A DNA stretch of 50,199 nt from Candidatus Saccharimonadota bacterium (GTDB lineage: Bacteria > Patescibacteriota > Saccharimonadia > Saccharimonadales > JAGPDM01). Below are positions 9,283 to 19,344 of the stretch, piece after piece. Every line of letters begins with the position of its first letter. Position 1 is the stretch's first letter. Made by a program: the position numbers and the translations under genes. Under the pieces are notes generated by a model that saw nothing but the letters and a program-made list of their open reading frames with translations, was not told the origin of the DNA and did no database searches. The DNA lies in assembly GCA_018057585.1 (NCBI GenBank), contig JAGPDM010000001.1, positions 1-50,199 on the forward strand, read 5' to 3'.

Positions 9283-11055
9283 ATGAGCATGCTTTCAGCC
9301 GAGAGCAGAACTAAAGTCGCTGAATATTTAGTTTCATCATTAAATATCGATAAGAATCTCGTAGAATCGGCACATAAATTATCGAAAGACTCTGGCAAGA
9401 CATTCCTGCAATATCTGGTAGACGAAAATATAATCAGCTCTGAGCAACTAGCACAGGCAGTTGCTAAGGTGGGCAATATCCCGTACGTAAATCTCAGTGA
9501 GGCTGTTATTGACGAGAAAGTTTTAGATTTTTTATCTAAAGACATAGCCGAACGCTACATGGCCGTGCCGCTTGGTCAAGCCGAAGGCAGACTAGCTGTA
9601 GCCATGTTAGATGCGAACAACGTCCAGGCAGTTGACTACCTGTCTAGCAAGATCGGTAAGCCGATAACTGTTTACTTAGCATCTGAAACTGGGATAAGGA
9701 ACGTACTATCTCAGTATAAAACCGGACTAGTAGACGACGTCAGCGCCACTCTTGTAAATAAAATCAAATCAAACGAAGATGATGAAAGCAGCAAGGAAGA
9801 GGTTAAGACTATTGTTCAGGACTCGCCAATTAGTAAGGCTTTGAGCGCTATATTAGACTATGCTGCGGGCAATGAAGCTTCCGATGTGCATATCGAGCCA
9901 AGAGAAGACAATCTGAAGATCAGAGCTAGGATTGACGGAATACTAACCGAAATCATGACTCTTCCAAAATCAATTGAGCCAGCACTAATATCAAGGATAA
10001 AGATTCTATCAAATCTTAAAATAGATGAGCATCGTATTCCTCAAGATGGTGGCTTTAAGGTAAAAGCAGCCGGTAAGAGCATCGATCTTCGTATTGCGAT
10101 TTCACCGGTTGTCTGGGGTGAACAGGTAGTTATTCGTTTACTTGACCAGTCCGGCGGCATGATAGAACTTAAGAATCTTGGTTTTGCTGGGCAGGCTCTA
10201 CGATCGATAAAAGAGGGAATTTCGAGGCCAAATGGCATGATCATCTCTAGCGGGCCAACTGGTTCAGGTAAATCAACTACGCTATATGCTTTAATTAACG
10301 AAATAATATCTGACGAGATAAATATTGTGACTCTAGAAGACCCAGTTGAGTACAAAATGGATCGAGTTAATCAGATCCAGATTAATCCAGACGTTGGGCT
10401 GACCTTTGCTAGTGGACTGCGTTCAATTCTTAGGCAGGATCCTGATGTAGTTATGGTCGGAGAAATCCGCGATAAGGAGACTGCTCAACTAGCTGTTCAA
10501 GCGGCTCTAACGGGGCATCTCGTCTTTTCGACGCTACATACTAATTCGGCTGCGGGTGTTCTTCCGCGGCTTCTAGATATGGATATCGAGCCTTTTCTGA
10601 TTGCGAGCACGGTGAATACGATCATAGGCCAGAGATTAGTAAGAAAGATCGGTGGCACGCAACAGCCATATGATAGTTCAGAGGCAGAAACAGCTACAAT
10701 TAAAAGCGTCTTAAGTGATGTCCTGCCTAAGACTGAAAGCCAAATGAGTGCAACTGCAAACAGTTTAGGATATCAAGCCTTGCCCCTTAGTGGTCAAAAC
10801 GCTTATACTTTATATAAAGGAGTCGATTCTGCAAAAGCTCCAGGTGGCTATAAGGGAAGAACAGGAATTTATGAAGTGTTCAATTTAGATAGTAAAATTG
10901 AAAAACTAGTAGTAAAGCGTTCAGCTAGTATCGAAATACAGCAAGCAGCCAGAGAGCAGGGCATGCTCACTATGCGTCAGGACGGTTATTTAAAGGCATT
11001 AGCTGGCATAACTACAGTGGACGAAGTAAATCGTGTGGCAGCAGCACAAGTTTAG
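9283..11055 (+). CDS. pilB: Type IV pilus extension ATPase PilB (GspE family)
   Basis: N-terminal T2SSE_N-like domain, Walker A SGPTGSGKSTT, an Asp box, and the His box TGHLVFSTLHTN. AAGGAA RBS. Confidence 0.95.
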   Translation: MSMLSAESRTKVAEYLVSSLNIDKNLVESAHKLSKDSGKTFLQYLVDENIISSEQLAQAVAKVGNIPYVNLSEAVIDEKVLDFLSKDIAERYMAVPLGQAEGRLAVAMLDANNVQAVDYLSSKIGKPITVYLASETGIRNVLSQYKTGLVDDVSATLVNKIKSNEDDESSKEEVKTIVQDSPISKALSAILDYAAGNEASDVHIEPREDNLKIRARIDGILTEIMTLPKSIEPALISRIKILSNLKIDEHRIPQDGGFKVKAAGKSIDLRIAISPVVWGEQVVIRLLDQSGGMIELKNLGFAGQALRSIKEGISRPNGMIISSGPTGSGKSTTLYALINEIISDEINIVTLEDPVEYKMDRVNQIQINPDVGLTFASGLRSILRQDPDVVMVGEIRDKETAQLAVQAALTGHLVFSTLHTNSAAGVLPRLLDMDIEPFLIASTVNTIIGQRLVRKIGGTQQPYDSSEAETATIKSVLSDVLPKTESQMSATANSLGYQALPLSGQNAYTLYKGVDSAKAPGGYKGRTGIYEVFNLDSKIEKLVVKRSASIEIQQAAREQGMLTMRQDGYLKALAGITTVDEVNRVAAAQV

Positions 11056-11064
11056 GGGGGTAAT

Positions 11065-12141
11065 ATGGATACATCGAAGCAAATTAGAATAGAGACATTA
11101 CTAGAAGAGGTGATTAGCAAGAACGCCTCTGATTTACACTTGCAGGTTGGATTACCTCCAACACTTAGAGTTGATGGTAAGTTGATTCCATCTAGTAATA
11201 ATGGTGAAGACTTGAACGTTGAGGCAATAGAATCTTTAGTGTTTGCGATCCTAGACGAGGACCAGAAGCAGATATTTTTGAAGGATAAGGAATTTGATTT
11301 CTCCTTCGCCTTTGGTGATCTTGGTAGGTTTCGAGTCAACGCCTTTCACGAGAGAGGTAACATCGCTGCCGCACTGCGCCTAATACCTAAGAACATACAA
11401 ACTATTGATACATTAGGTCTCCCCCCGGTTGTTGGCGGTTTCGCTGATTTACCGAGAGGCCTAGTTCTCGTCACAGGGCCAACTGGTTCTGGTAAGTCAA
11501 CTACATTGGCGGCCCTAATTGACAAGATAAACACCGAAAAACAAACTCACATAATTACTATAGAAGACCCGATTGAGTACACTCACAGCAACAAGAAGTC
11601 GGCAATTGTGCAACGTGAAGTTCACTATGATACGTTTTCATTTGCAGCGGCTCTTCGTTCCAGCTTGCGTCAAGATCCTGACGTTGTTTTAATTGGCGAG
11701 ATGCGCGATTTAGAAACTATCGCTGCAGCCATTACGCTAGCAGAAACCGGCCATTTAGTTTTTGCCACCCTGCACACAAACTCAGCATCTCAATCAATTG
11801 ATCGTATGATTGACGTTTTTCCGTCACACCAACAGTCACAAGTCCGTTCTCAGCTATCAGTGATTTTACAAGCAATTGTTTCACAGCGGTTAGTACCTGC
11901 AATTGGTGGCGGAAGGATAGCTGCGGCAGAGATACTAGTGGTAACGTCGGCTGTTCGTAATATCATTCGTGAAGGCAAGACTCATCAGATAGATGCTTCA
12001 ATCCAAACAGGGGCCGATCACGGCATGCAGTCAATGGACAGAACCCTAGTCAATCTGGTTCACAACGGTACAATAACTTACGATGACGCCAGGTCTATCG
12101 CAGTCGATGCAGAAGAACTAGATAGGTTAATGAGAGGTTAA
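11065..12141 (+). CDS. pilT: Twitching-motility retraction ATPase PilT
   Basis: 358 aa. ASDLHLQVGLPP, Walker A TGPTGSGKSTT, GHLVFATLHTNSA, and the AIRNLIREGK-like motif AVRNIIREGKTHQI. Confidence 0.95.
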   Translation: MDTSKQIRIETLLEEVISKNASDLHLQVGLPPTLRVDGKLIPSSNNGEDLNVEAIESLVFAILDEDQKQIFLKDKEFDFSFAFGDLGRFRVNAFHERGNIAAALRLIPKNIQTIDTLGLPPVVGGFADLPRGLVLVTGPTGSGKSTTLAALIDKINTEKQTHIITIEDPIEYTHSNKKSAIVQREVHYDTFSFAAALRSSLRQDPDVVLIGEMRDLETIAAAITLAETGHLVFATLHTNSASQSIDRMIDVFPSHQQSQVRSQLSVILQAIVSQRLVPAIGGGRIAAAEILVVTSAVRNIIREGKTHQIDASIQTGADHGMQSMDRTLVNLVHNGTITYDDARSIAVDAEELDRLMRG

Positions 12142-12149
12142 TAAAAAAA

Positions 12150-13361
12150 GTGCTTAACTATAACTATTCAGCCAAGGACGTCGCTACTGGAAAGATTGTA
12201 AAAGCCCAGATCCAGGCAGAAACCGAAAAAGCAGCAGCTAACATGCTGATAGAAAGAGACTTGATACCGTTAGAGATAAGCACCAAAGATTCAAAAAATA
12301 TTATAGATATAGTTCGTTCTCGAGTACGTAATAAAGACAGAGTGCTATTCACGCGTCAGTTAGCCACGCTGATAAATGCTGGCCTCCCATTAGCCCAGTC
12401 TCTACGCACAGTCGAAGATCAGACAGATAGCAAGCCATTAAAAGCAGTTGTTTCACAGATTATATCTGATGTTGAGGGGGGGTCTTCTTTGGCTAACGCA
12501 TTTTCTAGAAATCCAAAAGTTTTTAACCCCGTCTACGTTAACTTAATTGCAGCCGGTGAAAGCTCCGGTACTCTTGATGAAACATTAGATAGGCTAGCTA
12601 CTCAGCAGGAGAAGGATGCTTCTATTACAGCTAAAATCCGCGGGGCATTAACCTATCCGCTGATTGTTCTTATAGTCATATTCGGAGTCATAATATTCAT
12701 GATCACGACTGTTTTGCCGCAGATCGGTGCACTATATAAAGATCTAAATAAAGAACTTCCAACTATAACAGCAGTACTTCTCTGGATAGCCAATATATTT
12801 ATACATTACTGGCCGATCTTAATACTAGCTTTTGTTGCTGTCATTTATGGAATGATAGCTTATTCTGCCACAGAAACTGGTAAGCGAATATTTGATCGTA
12901 TGAAGATGAAGATGCCATTGTTTGGACAGCTCTTTATGCTGATGTATATGGCAAGGTTCGCTCGGACTGCCAGCACACTTTTATCTAGTGGCGTTCAGAT
13001 GCTAGAGAGTTTGGATATAAGCGGTAAAGCAGTTAATAACATTCATGTCCAGGAGTCCTTGGAAAGAGCTGCAAACCAAGTCAAGGGTGGCGGGGCATTA
13101 TCCAAGGCACTAGAAGATGACCCAAACTTCCTAAGGCTGGTTCCACAGATGATAAACATAGGCGAGCAGTCGGGTGCGATCGATGAGCTATTAGCAAAAA
13201 TTGCCGTATTTTACGAAGAAGAACTCGATAATAAGATCAAAGCTATATCAACAATTATCGAACCAGCCCTAATGGTGGTGTTGGCGATTGTAGTTGGCTT
13301 TATCGTTGGTGCAATTCTGTTGCCGGTGTACGGGTTGGTCGGAGACTCATTATCCTTGTAA
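12150..13361 (+). CDS. pilC: Type IV pilus platform protein PilC (GspF family)
   Basis: 403 aa with two GspF repeats (LATLINAGLPLAQSL; ARTASTLLSSGVQMLESL) and three TM segments. GTG start. Confidence 0.95.
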   Translation: MLNYNYSAKDVATGKIVKAQIQAETEKAAANMLIERDLIPLEISTKDSKNIIDIVRSRVRNKDRVLFTRQLATLINAGLPLAQSLRTVEDQTDSKPLKAVVSQIISDVEGGSSLANAFSRNPKVFNPVYVNLIAAGESSGTLDETLDRLATQQEKDASITAKIRGALTYPLIVLIVIFGVIIFMITTVLPQIGALYKDLNKELPTITAVLLWIANIFIHYWPILILAFVAVIYGMIAYSATETGKRIFDRMKMKMPLFGQLFMLMYMARFARTASTLLSSGVQMLESLDISGKAVNNIHVQESLERAANQVKGGGALSKALEDDPNFLRLVPQMINIGEQSGAIDELLAKIAVFYEEELDNKIKAISTIIEPALMVVLAIVVGFIVGAILLPVYGLVGDSLSL

Positions 13362-13435
13362 TAAAGCATAATTACTATTGATTAAACACCGAGGTTAGAG
13401 CAAACTATAAGCATAAGTATAAAAAGGGAATAACA

Positions 13436-13897
13436 ATGATAAACAAAGCTAGTAATGATAAAAAAGGTTTTACAATTATCGAGGTAGTATTAGTGCTGGC
13501 AGTAGCGGCACTAATATTCTTAATCGTATTCTTAGCGGTTCCATCTCTGCAAAGATCGCGTCGTGATACGGCCAGAAAAAATGACCTTGGAAGACTTATG
13601 TCACAGCTGGAAAGTTATGCTTCTAATAATAACGGAGATTACCCAACCACAGGCAACTTCAATAATTTCGTAACTCAGTACATGGGCAATGATTTTAAAG
13701 ATCCAAGTAAAGGTACTGCGTATAAATGGGTTGGCACTGATCCGGCTCTGGGTCAGGTGCAATACGGAAAAAATAAAAAGTGTTCGGCAGATAATAAGCT
13801 TATTACTGGATCTGGTGGAATTAGGGAGATTGCGGTTAGAATCCGTATTGAGCAAGGCGGTGCAAGTGCTACATATTTCTGTCAGGATAATCAATAA
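13436..13897 (+). CDS. pilA: Type IV major pilin
   Basis: Class III signal MINKASNDKKG|FTIIEVVLVLAVAALIF with Glu at +5. C-terminal Cys pair (KKCSADNK...YFCQDNQ). AAGGGA RBS. Confidence 0.85.
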   Translation: MINKASNDKKGFTIIEVVLVLAVAALIFLIVFLAVPSLQRSRRDTARKNDLGRLMSQLESYASNNNGDYPTTGNFNNFVTQYMGNDFKDPSKGTAYKWVGTDPALGQVQYGKNKKCSADNKLITGSGGIREIAVRIRIEQGGASATYFCQDNQ

Positions 13898-13899
13898 GC

Positions 13900-14703
13900 T
13901 TGATTGCAAACGATTTTTTACTGGCTATATTTATAGCCAGTTTCGGTTTGATGATTGGCAGTTTTCTTAACGCCTTAGTTTGGAGACTGCGCAATAATCT
14001 ACCCATAGGTGGCAAGGAACGTAGCATTTGCACCAAGTGCAAACACCAGCTAGTTTGGTACGATCTTATACCGGTAATCAGTTGGTTGAGCCTCAAGGCG
14101 AAGTGTCGTTATTGCCAAAAACCTATATCTGCCCAGTACCCGGTCGTGGAACTTCTTAATTCAGCAGTCTGGCTAGTGTCATTCATTGTGCTTCAACCGA
14201 GCACAATGACAGACTATGTTTTGCTAGCAATGTGGCTGTTCGCTAGCTCTTGCCTGCTGGCGCTTGCAACGTATGACGCTAAATGGCTAGAACTACCGGA
14301 TAACCTAGTTTTGGCATTTACGATTGCAACAATTGGCTACATCTTAGTCGATTCGTTTGTGCTTGGTGGTTTTAGCATTATTGCCAGCTCACTTCTAGGA
14401 GTTTTTGCAGTGGCTGGGCTCTTTTACGGACTACATGCCATTAGCGATGGGGCTTGGATTGGCGGAGGAGATGTAAAATTAGCCGTTGGAATGGGTATTC
14501 TGCTTGGTTTAGAACAGGGTCTACTGGCTGTTTTCGTTGCAGCATTTGCTGGTAGTATATTTGGCCTAGCTGGTATTGCTTTCTTTGGTAAAAACCGTTC
14601 TGCACAAATACCGTTTGGTCCATTTTTGATCATGGCTACCATTATCAGCTTTCTATTTGGCGAGCATTTAATTGATCTGTATATGAACCTGATTATTATA
14701 TAG
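13900..14703 (+). CDS. pilD: Prepilin peptidase / N-methyltransferase PilD
   Basis: TTG start 3 nt after the pilA stop. Zn-finger Cys pairs CTKCKHQL...CRYCQKPI, a polytopic membrane layout, and the catalytic Asp motif GGGDVKL. Confidence 0.9.
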   Translation: MIANDFLLAIFIASFGLMIGSFLNALVWRLRNNLPIGGKERSICTKCKHQLVWYDLIPVISWLSLKAKCRYCQKPISAQYPVVELLNSAVWLVSFIVLQPSTMTDYVLLAMWLFASSCLLALATYDAKWLELPDNLVLAFTIATIGYILVDSFVLGGFSIIASSLLGVFAVAGLFYGLHAISDGAWIGGGDVKLAVGMGILLGLEQGLLAVFVAAFAGSIFGLAGIAFFGKNRSAQIPFGPFLIMATIISFLFGEHLIDLYMNLIII

Positions 14704-14725
14704 TGCTTATGTTATACTAAAAGTT

Positions 14726-15397
14726 ATGCATACCTCTGTTAGTGGCAATAAAACCCAAGGTTTTACTATAATTGAAATGCTTCTAGTGCTTGCGATTACT
14801 GGGCTTCTGATGACAATGACATTTTTCGGACAGGGCAGCATTAGAACTCAATCGCAATTCCGCGACTCGGTTGAAGAATTCCGTGCCAGTATGGAATCAA
14901 TCAAAAACCAAGCAAATAACGGGGTCACGTCTAGTCCTGATGGTTGCGGCGTTGTTAACTCTGGTTCAGTAGGCAGTAACCCCGGGTGCGTTCTCTATGG
15001 TCGAGTAATTAAGTTCACAAACAAGACGGATGAATACGTAGTAACTCCAGTATATGGCCAGGGGCCAGATTCGTCAGTTTTTGACCCGAGCAAAGCAGTG
15101 GCTAATCCTCAACCATCCTCTAATCAGGAAAAGAAACTTCTTTGGGGCACACGTTTTTACAAGAATACAACCCCAGCATATAAAATTGGATTTCTTAGGC
15201 ATGCCGGTAATGGACGTTTAGGCACCTATAGGATTGGAGATAGTAAGTCGCTGAATAATGAGCTTAGTTACACCGGCTTAGGTAAAAAGTATACACTCAA
15301 ACTAGTCGGTACCGACTGTGATACAGCTGATGTAGTCTTTAACGATCCAATTAACACTATACGTGTAGAATTTAAAGATACTAAATTATGCATTTAA
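14726..15397 (+). CDS. Minor pilin / pseudopilin
   Basis: Prepilin signal NKTQG|FTIIEMLLVLAITGLLM. Confidence 0.8.
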   Translation: MHTSVSGNKTQGFTIIEMLLVLAITGLLMTMTFFGQGSIRTQSQFRDSVEEFRASMESIKNQANNGVTSSPDGCGVVNSGSVGSNPGCVLYGRVIKFTNKTDEYVVTPVYGQGPDSSVFDPSKAVANPQPSSNQEKKLLWGTRFYKNTTPAYKIGFLRHAGNGRLGTYRIGDSKSLNNELSYTGLGKKYTLKLVGTDCDTADVVFNDPINTIRVEFKDTKLCI

Positions 15398-15906
15398 GAT
15401 TAAATAATCAACGTGGCGATACATTGATCGAGGTGACCCTAGCGGTAGCTATCTTAGCCACAGTGCTAGCTTCGGCCTATGCCGTTACAAGCAGGGCGGC
15501 TAAATCAGGTCAAGCAGCCAAGGAGCGGTCACAGGCAGTGGCTCTGGTCCAGCAGCAGGCTGAGATCATCCAGTCTTTCGCCATTCTAGACTGGGATGAG
15601 TTTATTAGTGATTTTAAGCCTTGGAACTCAGGGCGTAACCATTATGACCCGAGTTCTTGGAGTGCGAAACCAAACATGTGGACAGGCACGGCAGTCTCAA
15701 ACGCAGCTGCAGATTTCCGCGTCTATTATCAGGCTACTTGTTCAACGTCTCGCTTAGGCATGCCAGGCGACAGTTGTAGTGTAAGCACTGATAAAATCAA
15801 CAAAGTCAGTTTTGAGATTACGGCCGATTGGGTCCCGAGCGATGGTGACGGGACAAGACAGTCAACCACGATCGTAGTTCAGGTTTCACCATCGAGGGTG
15901 AAATAG
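15388..15906 (+). CDS. Minor pilin / pseudopilin with atypical Asp at +1
   Basis: NNQRG|DTLIEVTLAVAILATV keeps Glu at +5. Overlaps the preceding gene by 10 nt. Confidence 0.7.
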   Translation: MHLRLNNQRGDTLIEVTLAVAILATVLASAYAVTSRAAKSGQAAKERSQAVALVQQQAEIIQSFAILDWDEFISDFKPWNSGRNHYDPSSWSAKPNMWTGTAVSNAAADFRVYYQATCSTSRLGMPGDSCSVSTDKINKVSFEITADWVPSDGDGTRQSTTIVVQVSPSRVK

Positions 15907-16512
15907 ATGTCAAGACAAAGAAAATCTCAGTCTGGCTTCACGATAATCGAGATATTGTTAGCTATGGCTATATTCAGTTTTGTGATGATTACGATCATAA
16001 CTGCCTTTTCACAGATCATTAGGAGCTACAGGAAAGGTGTTGTTAGTCAGCGAACTCAGGAGGCAACAAGACAAGTGGTCGATTTCGTAAGTAAAGAAGC
16101 TCGTGTGTCGACCGAAATATCCGTAGGCGTGTATGGAACAGGTGTGAATAAGGTTAATATTCTGTGTTTTAAAAATGGGTCTCAGTTTGAATACAAAGCT
16201 AATAATCACACTTTAAAACAAGGTAGTTCTAGTCCGAGCTGCAACAGTTTAGATCCATTGGCTCGTAACGTAGTCGATAAAAAAGAGTTAGATGTTCTAA
16301 AGTTTAAGCCAAGTATTAAATCAACATCCGGGACGCCACCTGTGACATTAGGTATTAACCTAGAGGTCTCAGTAGGAACAAACAATGGACCGGACAGCTT
16401 AATGAATGCAGCCAAAACAGCCTGTGACCCTCTAAAAGCAGGTTCTCAGTTCTGCTCAATATCAAGTTTAAAAACCTCGATCGGACTTAGGGTTAAGGAG
16501 AGTGGACCATGA
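15907..16512 (+). CDS. Minor pilin / pseudopilin
   Basis: Prepilin signal RKSQSG|FTIIEILLAMAIFSFV. Starts directly after the previous stop codon. Confidence 0.8.
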   Translation: MSRQRKSQSGFTIIEILLAMAIFSFVMITIITAFSQIIRSYRKGVVSQRTQEATRQVVDFVSKEARVSTEISVGVYGTGVNKVNILCFKNGSQFEYKANNHTLKQGSSSPSCNSLDPLARNVVDKKELDVLKFKPSIKSTSGTPPVTLGINLEVSVGTNNGPDSLMNAAKTACDPLKAGSQFCSISSLKTSIGLRVKESGP

Positions 16513-17561
16513 AAAAAATAAATAATCAACGTGGAGTAGTATCTTTCTTCACGGTGATTTTTGTGACTATGCTACTACTTATTATGACCACTGCATTTAT
16601 CAGGCTAATGGTCAATGAGCAGCGTCAATCGACAGATAATGATCTATCGAACAGGGCTTTTTATGCTGCCGAATCTGGCGTTAATGATGCCATCCTACAG
16701 ATTAAAGAGGCTCTCGAAGCTAAAAAAGATTTAAATTTGGCAATTGCTGGAGGTTGTGGCGGAAGCGATGTACCTGTTAAGTTAAGTGTCGAGGCAAACA
16801 TCAGTTACACCTGCCAACTAATCAGCCTGAGACAAACAGAATTAACGGGATCTCTCAAAGAAGGGGAGAATCTTATTCTTGATCTAACCAACCAGTCCGC
16901 CACCAGACAGCTAGAGATTTCATGGCATCTACCAAGTGAAAATGGTTCACCTTATGGTGCGATATCGTCACTCTCTGCAGGACAGAACCTTAGTAGTTGG
17001 GGCAATAGTCCGGCCATCGTACGCTTGCAGGCCATAACTTTTCCTGATGCTAATATAAATAGTACTAATCTTGTAAACCGTATATCTTATGCTTATCCTA
17101 CGGTTAGTGGCACGACAGACGGTAGAGGTAAGTCACTATCTATAACTAAATCTAAAGGGCCAAACAGCTCCACTTGTTATAAGGGTGCATCAACTGCTGA
17201 ATACGTTTGTAGGGTTAAGTTCACAAACTTAGGCACAGAACCGAATAAATTTCTTAGAATACAAATGATCAATAATAAGGCTGAGTATAAGGCTTCTTTG
17301 TTGAATGAATATGGAGCGAAAGTAGATACAGACTACAAAGTAGCAACTATAGATGTTACCGGTAAGGCAGGGAGCGACGTCTTTCGTAGGGTGCGCGTAA
17401 CTGTGCCGATAAACTTTAATTCAGGCGCTACCACAGGCTATGCTAGCCTAGCATCAATACCCGATCAGGTACTGATGGTTGACACACAGATTTGCAAGAG
17501 CTTCGATGTCGATGCTAAAGGTACCGGAGTCGCTACGGCATTTGGCTGTAATAATGAATAA
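16509..17561 (+). CDS. PilX-N-like large minor pilin (no Glu at +5)
   Basis: NNQRGVVSFFTVIFVTMLLLIMTTAF...AFYAAESGVNDA resembles the PilX N-terminal domain. ATGA overlap with the previous gene. Confidence 0.65.
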   Translation: MKKINNQRGVVSFFTVIFVTMLLLIMTTAFIRLMVNEQRQSTDNDLSNRAFYAAESGVNDAILQIKEALEAKKDLNLAIAGGCGGSDVPVKLSVEANISYTCQLISLRQTELTGSLKEGENLILDLTNQSATRQLEISWHLPSENGSPYGAISSLSAGQNLSSWGNSPAIVRLQAITFPDANINSTNLVNRISYAYPTVSGTTDGRGKSLSITKSKGPNSSTCYKGASTAEYVCRVKFTNLGTEPNKFLRIQMINNKAEYKASLLNEYGAKVDTDYKVATIDVTGKAGSDVFRRVRVTVPINFNSGATTGYASLASIPDQVLMVDTQICKSFDVDAKGTGVATAFGCNNE

Positions 17562-17581
17562 TAGTAATTAGTCAGCTATTT

Positions 17582-18496
17582 TTAAGATTGTTTACGGTGG
17601 AATTGTTGGTGAACCTTTTTAAGGTGCGGATCAGTTACATGGGTGTAAATTTGGGTTGTTGATATATTGCTATGACCAAGCATGCCTTGGACGCTACGTA
17701 GATCAGCACCGTTCATCAATAGGTCAGTTGCAAATGAGTGTCGGAGCGTGTGTGGGGTTACTTTTTTAGTTATCCCTGCCAATAGTGCGTATTTTTTAAT
17801 CATCCGCTGGACGCTCCTGGCAGTTAAGCGCATGTAGGAACCAGAATTTGTCAGGTCTTTAGTTCCTGAATAGTGAATAAAAAGTGGTTGAGAGTTGTCG
17901 TCTCTAGCTTTTAGATACTGCTCGATTGATTCGGCCGATTGATCACTAATAAACACCGGCCGATCTTTTTGTCCTTTGCCACGAACAGTAAACTCTCTCC
18001 GCTTCAAATTGATATGCGATCGATCTAACCCAACCAGCTCCGAGACACGAAGACCAGACGAGAACAGTAGCTCTAGGATAGCTCTATCGCGTAGACCGAT
18101 AACAGTCTGCACATCTGGCTGGCTTATCAGTCTTTCAACTTCTTCCGTGCTTAAGAACGTAACTTGCTTGCGTTTGGTGGTCGCTAGCTCTACCTTGTCG
18201 CTTGGTAGGGCATCAACATCAATCAAGGCAAGATATTTGAGGTAGCTACGCAGTGCGATCAGGTGGTAGTTCTGAGTTGATTTACTCAGTAGATCACCAT
18301 GCTCGTCGCTATACCTGTTAAGCCATAAACGCCATTTGCGGACTAGCTCTTTTGTAATATTAGTGATTTTCAGCTCTGGCTTAAACTCGTCTAACCGCAT
18401 TAAATAGTGATGGTAATTAGCGATTGTTTTCTGCGAGCGGTTTTTGTCAACTTCAAGATATTCTAGGAAATCAATGATGGAATCAGCGTAAAGCAT
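17582..18496 (-). CDS. XerC/XerD-family tyrosine recombinase
   Basis: 304 aa with an N-terminal SAM-like core-binding domain. Catalytic residues are seen in LRVSEL, HTLRHSFATDLL and GHSNISTTQIYTHV. Confidence 0.85.
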   Translation of the reverse strand: MLYADSIIDFLEYLEVDKNRSQKTIANYHHYLMRLDEFKPELKITNITKELVRKWRLWLNRYSDEHGDLLSKSTQNYHLIALRSYLKYLALIDVDALPSDKVELATTKRKQVTFLSTEEVERLISQPDVQTVIGLRDRAILELLFSSGLRVSELVGLDRSHINLKRREFTVRGKGQKDRPVFISDQSAESIEQYLKARDDNSQPLFIHYSGTKDLTNSGSYMRLTARSVQRMIKKYALLAGITKKVTPHTLRHSFATDLLMNGADLRSVQGMLGHSNISTTQIYTHVTDPHLKKVHQQFHRKQS

Positions 18497-18549
18497 AAAC
18501 TTATTGTAACTGCTTTGCTCGGAGCCTCAAAACGCTCTATAGTATAACT

Positions 18550-19344
18550 ATGTTCTCAGAGGTCATAACAGCAATAATTCTAGGTGCTATCCAAGGACTA
18601 ACAGAGTTCATCCCTGTCTCTAGTTCTGGTCATCTGCTACTCGCTACCGAGCTGCTCGGGTTGTCCGACTCTTCCTTTAGCTTCGAGCTAGCTCTCAATC
18701 TCGGTACATTGCTCGCACTTGTGGTCTATTTCTGGAGAGACATACTAGCAATTTTAAAGATGCTAGCCAGACCAAAATTAGATAGCCTACCGATCAAGAT
18801 TATAATAGCTACGATCCCAGCTGTTTTAATCGGTGCAGTTGTCTGGCCTCTGGTGTCGACGGTGTTCAGATCGCCGATAGTAGCCATTGTGGCACTTATT
18901 GTTGTAGGAATTATCATGATATTTTCTGATAGAATCGTTGGCTCTAAAGAGATTGATGATTTAACCCCCAAAGATGTGATACTGATCGGTCTAGCTCAAG
19001 CACTGGCATTCATTCCCGGCACGTCTCGTTCTGGAATTACCATTATCGCCGCGAGACTCAGAGGTCTTAATAACAAGCAGGCGGCTAGATTTAGTTTTTT
19101 GATGGCAATTCCTATAGTTACGGTCGCACTGCTTAAGCTGGCACTTGATTATAATAGCCAGGATCTAGCAAACCAGTCGATCGCCTTGCTAGTCGGAATT
19201 ATAACTTCATTTGTAGTTGGTCTTGGAGCGATTCACTTTATGTTGAAGTTTCTTGAAAAATACGGCTTAAAAAGTTTCGGTTATTATCGCATTATTATCG
19301 CTTTAGTGGTATTATTTACACTAATTAACAGAGGAACTATCTAA
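18550..19344 (+). CDS. uppP: Undecaprenyl-diphosphate phosphatase
   Basis: GLTEFIPVSSSGHL and PGTSRSGITI motifs; 8 predicted TM segments. Confidence 0.95.
   Translation: MFSEVITAIILGAIQGLTEFIPVSSSGHLLLATELLGLSDSSFSFELALNLGTLLALVVYFWRDILAILKMLARPKLDSLPIKIIIATIPAVLIGAVVWPLVSTVFRSPIVAIVALIVVGIIMIFSDRIVGSKEIDDLTPKDVILIGLAQALAFIPGTSRSGITIIAARLRGLNNKQAARFSFLMAIPIVTVALLKLALDYNSQDLANQSIALLVGIITSFVVGLGAIHFMLKFLEKYGLKSFGYYRIIIALVVLFTLINRGTI

Noticed and set aside
17582-18496. Tyrosine recombinase as the integrase of a mobile element bordering the pilus locus
   Set aside because: Its sequence and size are typical of chromosomal XerC/XerD. The flanking genes are housekeeping (uppP, ndk). I saw no flanking direct repeats, tRNA target or cargo genes.
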